From Armatimonadia bacterium (GTDB taxonomy: Bacteria; Armatimonadota; Zipacnadia; Zipacnadales; UBA11051), in the NCBI GenBank assembly GCA_039683575.1, contig JBDKRC010000083.1, positions 1 through 56,233 on the forward strand: a stretch of DNA of 56,233 nucleotides, in the 5' to 3' direction. Within the stretch, counting starts at the first letter, position 1. The number at the start of each line of letters is the position of its first letter. The position numbers and the translations under genes are program-made. The notes under the pieces were generated by a model, which was not told where the DNA came from, did not search any database, and saw nothing but the letters and a program-made list of their open reading frames with translations. Below, piece by piece: positions 49,501 to 56,233 of this stretch.

Positions 49501-50334
49501 ACCCGCCCGCTGCGCCTCCCGTATGGACTCCTGATAGGCCTCCGCCTGGGTGCTCATGATCTGGGACAAGGCTTCGACCGACGCGGCTTCCCAGGCACTC
49601 TGTGAGGTTTTCACGGCCTCGTCGAACTTGCCTTCGTATAACAGGCGTCGGGCCTCGGCAAGCTGCTGGTAGACCCCTGGCTTCTCCTCCCGGGATTTGG
49701 TATCTACCTTGCTGACCTTCCCTCCAAGGTACTGGCAGAGAGCACAGGCGACTTCCGCCTCGATTTCCTGTAAGCCGGTCTCGGTAGCCGGACCAGATTG
49801 CGTAACCCCGCTGCCCTCTACAATTGCCCCGGTTGTCATGTCCACAACCCGCAGGCTGACAGCCACGGTTTTGCCGACACCGAAGCCCTCGGCGACCCGG
49901 ATAGAACCCACGATCAGGTGGGTGGCCCCCAGTAGTTTGTTGGGGACCTGTTTCAGATTCCCAGCGCCAGGGAGAGGTATGGACACAGCGATCCCGTTTG
50001 GGTCCTCAATCTTCTGGGTGCGGATCGCGTCAATCAGCAGGGCGAGGCGTCCTTCACTGGCCCAGCCATCGGCAACCGGGGGCAACGAGCGGATCCGCAG
50101 CACCTGCGCGATCTGTGCCCGCTCCACCTGGTTCAGGCCCGTGTCCTTAGCCGCCAGGCGCGTCGAGATCCCATCCGCTATCCCTACCCCGACCCAGGCG
50201 TCTTTCTCTCCGTTCGGCGAGATCGTCTCCAGGCCGACTACCGCCACCCGCGTCGGCGCGGCGATAGCCAGCGCCAGCGGGAGCACCCAGACTGTCAGCA
50301 GCACCATCGGACGACAGAAACATGTTCCTGGCAT
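46513..50334 (-). CDS. Secreted TPR-repeat protein with an N-terminal CsgG/TolB-N-like domain
   Basis: Signal peptide; RVAVVG..VER..LGATHLIVGS..VSLRVVDM.TG; more than 20 TPRs of the form AY..RG..Y...YD.AIADY.KA.ELDP. Confidence 0.85.
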   Translation of the reverse strand: MPGTCFCRPMVLLTVWVLPLALAIAAPTRVAVVGLETISPNGEKDAWVGVGIADGISTRLAAKDTGLNQVERAQIAQVLRIRSLPPVADGWASEGRLALLIDAIRTQKIEDPNGIAVSIPLPGAGNLKQVPNKLLGATHLIVGSIRVAEGFGVGKTVAVSLRVVDMTTGAIVEGSGVTQSGPATETGLQEIEAEVACALCQYLGGKVSKVDTKSREEKPGVYQQLAEARRLLYEGKFDEAVKTSQSAWEAASVEALSQIMSTQAEAYQESIREAQRAGGGATSEALQRDWQAKEKQLQAAYEQATQGFVTRADRAAAAAHYERAEQLLFVRRFADAVPEYEEALRLGKQDAVTYHHLANSYAGMGDYERTVASCTKALELDVSYTKAYVIRGMAKLQQGQYDPAIADVSKAIELDPNTIAAWIMRGFAYAKKGQWERARADIAKSTELDPKDALAYVFRGLAYWKNDEYDKAIADATKAIELDPKTVGPLAMAFRDMVYVELGKYDLAIADYNKLLEQDPVNALLYSSRGSAYEGKGDLDQALKDYNKAVELAPQDPLKYNGRGRVYLQKKDYEHAIADLSKAVELDPNYAPAYSIRGLAYSDQKEYDLAIADFDKSLQLDPGDESIQRMRERAVAQKKAVAAAATLQKLQKMLQDSDARLEEAELYRDMQKKWTGHGRTVAECAKAIEANPGDAKAHLGLGEAYYWKDDYEKAIASLDTACKLDPKSAEARFWRGRSYSVRGDSGRAVSDYDKALELDPKLTDVYRWRGFAYYDSKQYDRAIADLSQALDLSPKDDFAHAVRAGAYAKQGDTDLALADYTRAIALDDKDPSYYGGRGEAYSAKGSYDLAVADYTKAIELKPAEASYYARRGVAFKAKDDYAKALADLTRALELKPDYAWAYYNRGNVFYDQEQYDHAIADYTKAIELFPNYVDGYYNRGWARYHKGDHTGAIADFSTVIELDAGCALAYYGRGTVYHERKEYDRAIADFTRGVELQPRDPDYCFERGRVYHNMGDWEHALADYGKTLELDPKFAAAYRNRGDVYHSRKEYDRAIADLTKAVELQPRDSDYCFQRGCVYQNQGDWERALADYSKALELDPKYAMAYLNRGAVYGELKQYDKAIADARRATELDPSFRTGWVNLGWYLYLAGRLGEAATADADGLKRFPDSEYLTGNLAVALLAYGKDEEAVAQYRRLVQTGPQKALDVGCDKDLIDLLAKRPELALAHFCLGLLYDSAGKKPEAVKEYQAYVKAQPAGPYSGEAQKRVQALMP

Positions 50335-50435
50335 TTCTCTCTCCCCTCCTTCTCGGGAGCGCCGAGAGGCTCAGAGCACGATCAGCAACGACGACTGCGC
50401 TGGCCCCGGCTATTTGCCCCAGGCACCCCTTGATC

Positions 50436-52694
50436 TCAACTCGCACTGTGCGCCTCCAAGTAGCTCCTCGCTCGTCGAGCGTCAATGACAACTACCCCTG
50501 GAACGGGGGGGGTCAATTCGCCTGTGCCACCGAAATCCAGCATCTCACCGGTCTGCTCCAGCTTCTCGAGCAGGCCGACCTTGGCCGCTTCCTGCCGCCC
50601 CCGCTCCAGGGCCTGCTCAAAGGTGGAACCCTTAACGGCCAGCAGCGTAGTGTCCAGCACGTCCCAGGTGGCCCCGGCGTCTGACCACGTCCGCCAGCCG
50701 ACGAAGGCGTGGGTGTCGGTGATAATGAGCAGGGGATCGAAGGAGGGCATCAGCACAGAGGCAAAGAGGATCGTCCCATCCAGGCAATTGGCGCGCTGCT
50801 TGGCGAGCACCTGGTCAGGCAGAAGCACGTTCTGTCCGGCATTCGCCGGGAAATCAATCCGCGCGTCCTCGACATACGCTATCCCCCTACTCCCAAGGGC
50901 CTGGTAGACAGCCCCCACCTGGGCCCTGACCGCTGCCCGCTGCTGCTCTCGGGTGTCGGTGGGCCAACCAGAGGGGTTGAGGAACGTCGGCTGGTAGCCG
51001 TAGAGCCCACGCATCTTGCAGAGACCAGCGGCCTCGGTGCGAACGGCTGCCAGCGCCTCGCTGTTGTCGCGCAGCCAGGCCACGATGGTGCAGTCTGCCA
51101 CCAGCGACGGGCCTTTGCGAGTCTTCAGCCGGGCCAGCCAGGAACGCGCCGGCAGCAACCGGACCTGCAGGGAGTCCTCCAGTAACGGCGGCCCGCCCGC
51201 GGCCAACGCGACCTTGCAGCTGATCAGGGTTGAGGCCGGGGTCGTGATACCGGCGACCTTCTCGGGGTCCAGCGGTGGGGTTTGGGCGATCTGCTTGTGC
51301 TCGCCCGGTGCGAGCGTCACTTCCTGGACGAAGTCCCGGGCATAGCCGGGCACGCCCGTGGTGAGCCGCAGACGGAGGCTGGTGTCACCCTTGTTGTCGA
51401 AGCTGTAGTCAACTAGAGCCGGCGCGATCAGGTAGTCATACTGGCCGGTGGGAACTACGTCGTAGTTGAAGGCTACGCGGCCCTCTATCTGGGTCTGCCC
51501 CAGCGGGAGCAATTCGGCGGGTTTGAGCAAGTCTGCGCAGGCACTGGCGACCTCCTCGACCAGCTTGTCGAGATCCGGTCCCGACTTGACGACCGCCAAC
51601 TGCGCTTCTCCCGTGGCGGAGGGGATCACGCGGGCGTTCAACTGATAGTTGTCCCCTCGTTTCAGCAGCGTCGTACCGACGATAAGGTCGGGGGTCAACA
51701 GCCCGCCCGCTTTCGCGGCCGTCGTCCGGTCGAAAAGCCCGTTTTCCACAAGTCCCATCTCTTCGAAGACCCTCTGCAGATGCTCGCGCTCAACCAATCG
51801 CACGTTCATTGCCTTCTGCCGCTTGGCCAACTCCGTGGTCAAGAGCGAGGCAGTCCATTGTCCCTCGAAGGCTTGCAGGGGCGCAACGATGGTCGTCGCA
51901 CCGACGGTCAGCCGGCGCCGGTTACCCTCTTCAGCCTGGGGACGCAGCCTGGGAGGTGAGACTACTACCATGCCTGGGGTGACGGTGGCCTTCCCTATGA
52001 GGCTTGCCCTGGCACCTCCCGGCTGGACCTCCAGCACCTTGACGCGCCCTATGTCCGTCCTGGATTGGAAAACGACTGCACCGGCGTCATGGACAGCCTC
52101 GCCAAGTTGCTGAACGAGCAGTTCCTCACCCACCCTCAAGCCGTCCCTCTCCCCCAGGTTGATGATGACCGCCTCGTCTGCCACCGAGATCACCTTGCCA
52201 GCCAGCGGGAAAGCGTCAGCGGCTTCCTCCGACAGGTCATACGCCAGATACGACACGTAGGGCACGGTCACGCCGACGGCCGTGAACGCATAGGCCTGCC
52301 GGCCGGCTTCCGGCCCCGAGGCCCGGATGAACGTGATCTCCGCCTGCGTGGCGAGGGCATCGCCCTGGAGCACCCCGGTGATGAGGTAGTCCACGTTGGG
52401 CAACTGTAGGGCAGCGACCGTCTTCTCAGGGTCGCGGATGATGCCGTCCGACGCCAGATTCTTCTCCTTCAGGAGTGCATCGAGGCGGGAGCGCTCGATG
52501 ACCGCGAAGCGACCCGTCTGCTGCAGGGCGATCTCCAGACTATGTGCCAGCACCTCATGCATATTGGCCAGGGCTGGCACATGGTGGTAATTGCTCATCC
52601 CCACCACCGCCACCCGCGGTGGCGCCGCCTGCACAGCCGCCGCCAGGAGAGCGGCGAGAAGGACAAAGACTGAATAACGCTGGATGCTGGTCAT
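50436..52694 (-). CDS. Secreted protein with two CsgG-like domains, a FlgT-C-like domain and a C-terminal transglutaminase-like (Cys-His-Asp) domain
   Basis: Signal peptide AVQA; GRFAVIERSRLDALLKE; VIINLG..DGL..G; LVEREHL..AAKAGGLL; RANCLDG..HAFVGW..LDTT. Confidence 0.7.
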   Translation of the reverse strand: MTSIQRYSVFVLLAALLAAAVQAAPPRVAVVGMSNYHHVPALANMHEVLAHSLEIALQQTGRFAVIERSRLDALLKEKNLASDGIIRDPEKTVAALQLPNVDYLITGVLQGDALATQAEITFIRASGPEAGRQAYAFTAVGVTVPYVSYLAYDLSEEAADAFPLAGKVISVADEAVIINLGERDGLRVGEELLVQQLGEAVHDAGAVVFQSRTDIGRVKVLEVQPGGARASLIGKATVTPGMVVVSPPRLRPQAEEGNRRRLTVGATTIVAPLQAFEGQWTASLLTTELAKRQKAMNVRLVEREHLQRVFEEMGLVENGLFDRTTAAKAGGLLTPDLIVGTTLLKRGDNYQLNARVIPSATGEAQLAVVKSGPDLDKLVEEVASACADLLKPAELLPLGQTQIEGRVAFNYDVVPTGQYDYLIAPALVDYSFDNKGDTSLRLRLTTGVPGYARDFVQEVTLAPGEHKQIAQTPPLDPEKVAGITTPASTLISCKVALAAGGPPLLEDSLQVRLLPARSWLARLKTRKGPSLVADCTIVAWLRDNSEALAAVRTEAAGLCKMRGLYGYQPTFLNPSGWPTDTREQQRAAVRAQVGAVYQALGSRGIAYVEDARIDFPANAGQNVLLPDQVLAKQRANCLDGTILFASVLMPSFDPLLIITDTHAFVGWRTWSDAGATWDVLDTTLLAVKGSTFEQALERGRQEAAKVGLLEKLEQTGEMLDFGGTGELTPPVPGVVVIDARRARSYLEAHSAS

Positions 52695-52742
52695 GAGAGG
52701 TCACTCCTCAGCAAAATGCCGGCGCTGACAGACTGTCGCCGG

Positions 52743-55700
52743 TCATGGCTGCAACGCCTCTAACCGTGCGCGGCTCTCGGCCGCATACTTGCCCTGCGGC
52801 TGGGCTTTGAGATAGGCCTGGTATTCCGTGATCGCCTCAGCCTTCTGTCCCGCGCCGTCGTAGAGCAAGCCTATGCAGAAATGGGCCAGCCCCAACTCCG
52901 GCCGCTTGACGACCAGATCGCTCAGGTCCTTGCCGCACCCGCCGTCCAAAGCCCTCTGCGCGCCGATCTGGACCAGCCGACGGTACTGCGCGACTGCCTC
53001 TTCGTCCTTTCCCGACGTAAGGAGGGCGATGGCGAGATTGCCAGTCAGATACTCACTGTCGGGGAAGCGCTTCAGCCCCTCCCGGGCGGCAGCGGCTGCC
53101 TCCTCAAGGCGCCCAACCAGATACAGACTCCAGGTGAGGCCAACCCAGGTATCGATTAGTTCCGGCTTGAGGTCGCTGGCTCTCTTGAAGTCCGCAGTGG
53201 CTTGGGGATACTGCTTCAACTGAACATAGACGCGGCCCCGGTGGGCGTAGGCCTCGGCAAAGTCAGGCTTGAGCTCGACGGCTGTGGTCCAGTCCGCCAA
53301 GGCTTGCTCGTACTGTTTCAGCCAATAGTGGATGTCCCCCCTCACAAAGTGCATATCGACGGAGTCCGGCTTGAGTTCGATGGCCTTCGTGCAGTCTACG
53401 AGAGCGTGGTCAAACTGCTGGAGTTGACAGTAGATGATGGCGCGACTGAAGTAGGCAGCGGCGGAGTTCGGCTCGAGTTCGATGGCTTTCTCATAGTCTG
53501 CCAGGGCTTTGTCATACTGGCGAAGTCGGAAGTAAGTATCCCCTCGGCTGGTGTAGGCGGCGTAGTCCGGCTTGAGCTCAATGACTGTCGTGTAGTCCGC
53601 GATGGCTTTGTCATGCTGCTCCAGGGTGGCATAGACGCCAGCCCGGTTGCTGTAGGCCACCGCCAGGCCCGGCTGCAGTTCGGTGGCCTTCGTGCAGTCC
53701 GCCAGAGCCTGATCACACTGTTTCAGAACCATGTAGAGGCTTCCCCGAAGTACATAGGCCCACGCGTACCCGGGCTTGAACTCGATTGCTTTCGTCCAGT
53801 CCGCCAGGGCTTGATCATACTGCTTCAGCTCAAAGTACACGACCCCCCGTTCAGTATAGATTTCCGCGGAGTCCGGCTGCAGTTCGATGGCCTTCGTATA
53901 GTCCGCCAAAGCTTGGTCATATTGCCCCAGCTCATCGCAGGCGTTTCCCATACCTTGGTAGACTCTCGCCAGATTTGGGAGGCGCTTGATGGTCGGGTCG
54001 AGAGCAGCGAGTTTCTGGACCGCTAACGCTTCCACAGACAGTACGCTACGGTAGGGGGACTCGATGTTCAGTATCATATAAGCAGCCATCGACAGTGCCT
54101 TCGGGTCCAGCTCTTCTGCCTTGTCAAAGTCTGCAAGGGCGTTGTCGTAGTGCCGTGTTTTGAGGTATGCAAGGCATCTCCATGCGTATGCCATGGCGTC
54201 GGGCTGCAGTTGGATTCCCATGCTGAAGTCCGATATTGCCTTGTCCCACTGCTCCAGTTGCATCAGAACACAACCACGACAGAAGTAGGCTTCTTGGTAT
54301 CGCGAGTCAAGCCTGATCGCGCCGTCGAAATCCGCAAGCGCCGCCTGCGGATCACCTCCCTCAACACGCGCCTGGGCTCTTCGGCAGTACGTGAGGGAAT
54401 CGGGCTCCAAGTCAATGGCCTTACTGAAGTCGGCAATTGCGTGTGGGAAGTCCCTGAGTTTCAGGCGGGCGCCGCCACGTCGTTCGTACGCATACGCGTC
54501 TGTCGGATCCAGCTCAATCGCTCGGCTGAAGTCGGAGATCGCCAAGTCGTAGCTGCACATGTTGAAATGGAGTATGCCGCGCGTGCGGAACACGTACGCG
54601 GTGCGCGGTGCCAGCTTTGCTGCCTCGTTGTAGTCGGACAGGGCTTCGGCGAACTTGCCTATCGTCGCATAGGCATGCCCTCGCATAAGTACCCAATCAG
54701 CATTGCTCGGCTGCAGCCTGATCGCCTCTCCAATGTCAGAGACGCCCAGAGCCCCTTGGCCCCTGAGTTCGAGCATCAGCCCACGGAAGGCATAGAAGAA
54801 CGCACAGTCAGGTTCGTGCTCAATGGCCCGGGTGTAAGCAGTGGTAGCCCCTTCTAGATCATGGGTATGCCAGAGGCTGTAGGCTAGGCCAAGCCACGTA
54901 TCGGCATCGTCCTTCCCCTCCTTGATTGCCTCCTGGTAGTTCTGGATCGCCTCCGCGTACTTCTCCATGTCGCGAGAAGCCTCGGCCAGGGAGAAGTGCG
55001 CCACCGCATGCGGCTTGCCCGTCTGGCCAACGGCTGCTCTAGCCGCTTCATACCAACGTTGTTGTCCGTTTATCACATCCTCGGGCTTCTCCTGGCGGCG
55101 GGCCTCAACGACGCGCCAACGATGAGCATCTACCTCCGCTAACAGCAGTTTGGAGACAACGTCCCCTGAGGCGTCCTGCCGACCCGCTTCGGCTACTTTC
55201 AGGGCATCGTCATAGCGACCTTCGTACAGCAGCCGCTGGGCCTCTGCCAAGGCCTGCTCGAGGGCCGTTGGAACCGTCTCCATCTTTTTCATCTCCGCCG
55301 TAACCTTGCCCCCCATTCCCCGGCACACTTCGCATGCCAGGCTAACTGCTGCCCGCTGCAGCCCGTCAGATGTGACCTTGCCCGCGCAGGTTACCCCGGT
55401 GTCTCCGACGTCTCCCGTGGCCATGTCCACGATTCGTACGCTGAGCGAGAACGGTTTCCCAACTCCACTGCCGTCGGGCAACTCAACGCTTCCCACGATT
55501 AGGTGTGTAGCGCCCAGCAGCTTCATCCCGGAGTCGGGAGCTTGACTCTTCGAATTGCGTGTGTCTTCAATCTCCTGAGTACGGATGGCCTGAATCGCCT
55601 TCTCCAGCTGCGCCGGGTCTTGGTAGTCAAGCTGCACGGGCAGCGCTCCTCGCAGGCGCAGCACCTGTGCGATCTCGATGCGCTCCACCTTCTGCAGCCC

Positions 55701-55886
55701 GGTCTTCCCGGCGGACAGCCGCGTGGCCAGGGCAGACCCCAGACTCACCCCGACCCACGCGTCCTGCTCGGCGTTCCGTGAGTACGTAGCCAGCCCCACC
55801 ACCGCCACCCGCTTGTCATCCCCCCACCCTGGGACGCAGGAGACGAGGCCGATCAGCAGCACTGTCATGATCCCTACTCTTGACAT
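52743..55886 (-). CDS. Secreted TPR-repeat protein with an N-terminal CsgG-like domain; paralog of 46513-50334
   Basis: AGGAG RBS before ATG 55886; same N-terminal domain (DAWVGV, IAQVLR, KLLGATHLIVGS) and same C-terminus (GLKRFPDSEYLTGNLA). Confidence 0.85.
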   Translation of the reverse strand: MSRVGIMTVLLIGLVSCVPGWGDDKRVAVVGLATYSRNAEQDAWVGVSLGSALATRLSAGKTGLQKVERIEIAQVLRLRGALPVQLDYQDPAQLEKAIQAIRTQEIEDTRNSKSQAPDSGMKLLGATHLIVGSVELPDGSGVGKPFSLSVRIVDMATGDVGDTGVTCAGKVTSDGLQRAAVSLACEVCRGMGGKVTAEMKKMETVPTALEQALAEAQRLLYEGRYDDALKVAEAGRQDASGDVVSKLLLAEVDAHRWRVVEARRQEKPEDVINGQQRWYEAARAAVGQTGKPHAVAHFSLAEASRDMEKYAEAIQNYQEAIKEGKDDADTWLGLAYSLWHTHDLEGATTAYTRAIEHEPDCAFFYAFRGLMLELRGQGALGVSDIGEAIRLQPSNADWVLMRGHAYATIGKFAEALSDYNEAAKLAPRTAYVFRTRGILHFNMCSYDLAISDFSRAIELDPTDAYAYERRGGARLKLRDFPHAIADFSKAIDLEPDSLTYCRRAQARVEGGDPQAALADFDGAIRLDSRYQEAYFCRGCVLMQLEQWDKAISDFSMGIQLQPDAMAYAWRCLAYLKTRHYDNALADFDKAEELDPKALSMAAYMILNIESPYRSVLSVEALAVQKLAALDPTIKRLPNLARVYQGMGNACDELGQYDQALADYTKAIELQPDSAEIYTERGVVYFELKQYDQALADWTKAIEFKPGYAWAYVLRGSLYMVLKQCDQALADCTKATELQPGLAVAYSNRAGVYATLEQHDKAIADYTTVIELKPDYAAYTSRGDTYFRLRQYDKALADYEKAIELEPNSAAAYFSRAIIYCQLQQFDHALVDCTKAIELKPDSVDMHFVRGDIHYWLKQYEQALADWTTAVELKPDFAEAYAHRGRVYVQLKQYPQATADFKRASDLKPELIDTWVGLTWSLYLVGRLEEAAAAAREGLKRFPDSEYLTGNLAIALLTSGKDEEAVAQYRRLVQIGAQRALDGGCGKDLSDLVVKRPELGLAHFCIGLLYDGAGQKAEAITEYQAYLKAQPQGKYAAESRARLEALQP

Positions 55887-55965
55887 GGCTATTCTCCTAC
55901 GGAAGATGCTGCACATATCCACCTGGTCTCCTGCGTCCCGGACGTCGTCTGGGTGACTTGTCGGG

Positions 55966-56233
55966 TTAGCCTTTTACGTAGTTCTTGAGCTTCGGGTAGG
56001 TATCATCCACTACCAGGACCGCCACGGCTATGAACTTGCCCAGTGAGGCGCTGTCCAGGCCAGACAGTGGGAAACGGTCCAGGTAGATGACCTGCCGTCC
56101 TTCATCGGCCAGAAGGAAGCTGCCATGCGGCAGTTCGCCGGGACGTTCCAGCAGCCACGGGAAGACTGCCACATCCCACTTCCGAACATCATCCACCTTG
56201 ATGACGCGGCTGAAGAGGCAAACCGTCTGAAAA
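55966..56233 (-). CDS. 3' part of a gene running off the window; possibly YbjN/T3SS-chaperone-like fold
   Basis: The frame is open to the window edge. The pattern LLERPGELPHGSFLL..VIYLDRFPLSGLD..F loosely resembles YbjN/CesT domains. Confidence 0.4.
   Translation of the reverse strand, partial: FQTVCLFSRVIKVDDVRKWDVAVFPWLLERPGELPHGSFLLADEGRQVIYLDRFPLSGLDSASLGKFIAVAVLVVDDTYPKLKNYVKG

Noticed and set aside
1-56233. tRNA or rRNA genes
   Set aside because: None was recognised in the intergenic regions by eye; tRNAscan and Infernal were not run.

Overview
GC-rich bacterial contig, probably Armatimonadota (inferred from the typical prepilin-type DUF1559/H-X9-DG protein and a DUF6785-like membrane protein). 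There are four blocks. (1) 0.1-20.2 kb is a glycan/nutrient-utilisation region: two large secreted carbohydrate-active proteins, a GntR/LacI-type regulator with a perfect operator palindrome, a large NAD-glutamate dehydrogenase, a polysaccharide deacetylase, an amidohydrolase, a DUF1559 protein, a membrane protein and an SDR. (2) 20.4-43.4 kb is one tightly packed minus-strand operon: HAD phosphatase, gnd, zwf, nuoA-B-CD-E-F, [qNor::nuoG], nuoH-N, cydAB. (3) 43.6-45.7 kb is a 5'-truncated IS21 element. (4) 46-56.2 kb is a cluster of secreted TPR/CsgG-like proteins. The main finding is the 1740-aa ORF at 29912-35134. A complete quinol-dependent nitric oxide reductase with canonical metal ligands is fused in frame, through a ~65-aa Pro/Thr/Ala-rich linker, to full-length complex I subunit NuoG, at the normal nuoG position. 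This suggests a covalently tethered NADH-to-NO respiratory supercomplex. The Gnd and Zwf in the same operon carry NAD-type rather than NADP-type cofactor fingerprints, so the operon reads as a self-contained sugar-phosphate to NADH to quinone to NO/O2 module. The first ~100 bp look like a chimeric low-GC fragment, so the assembly should be validated with reads. All family calls come from motif recognition by eye; no searches were run.
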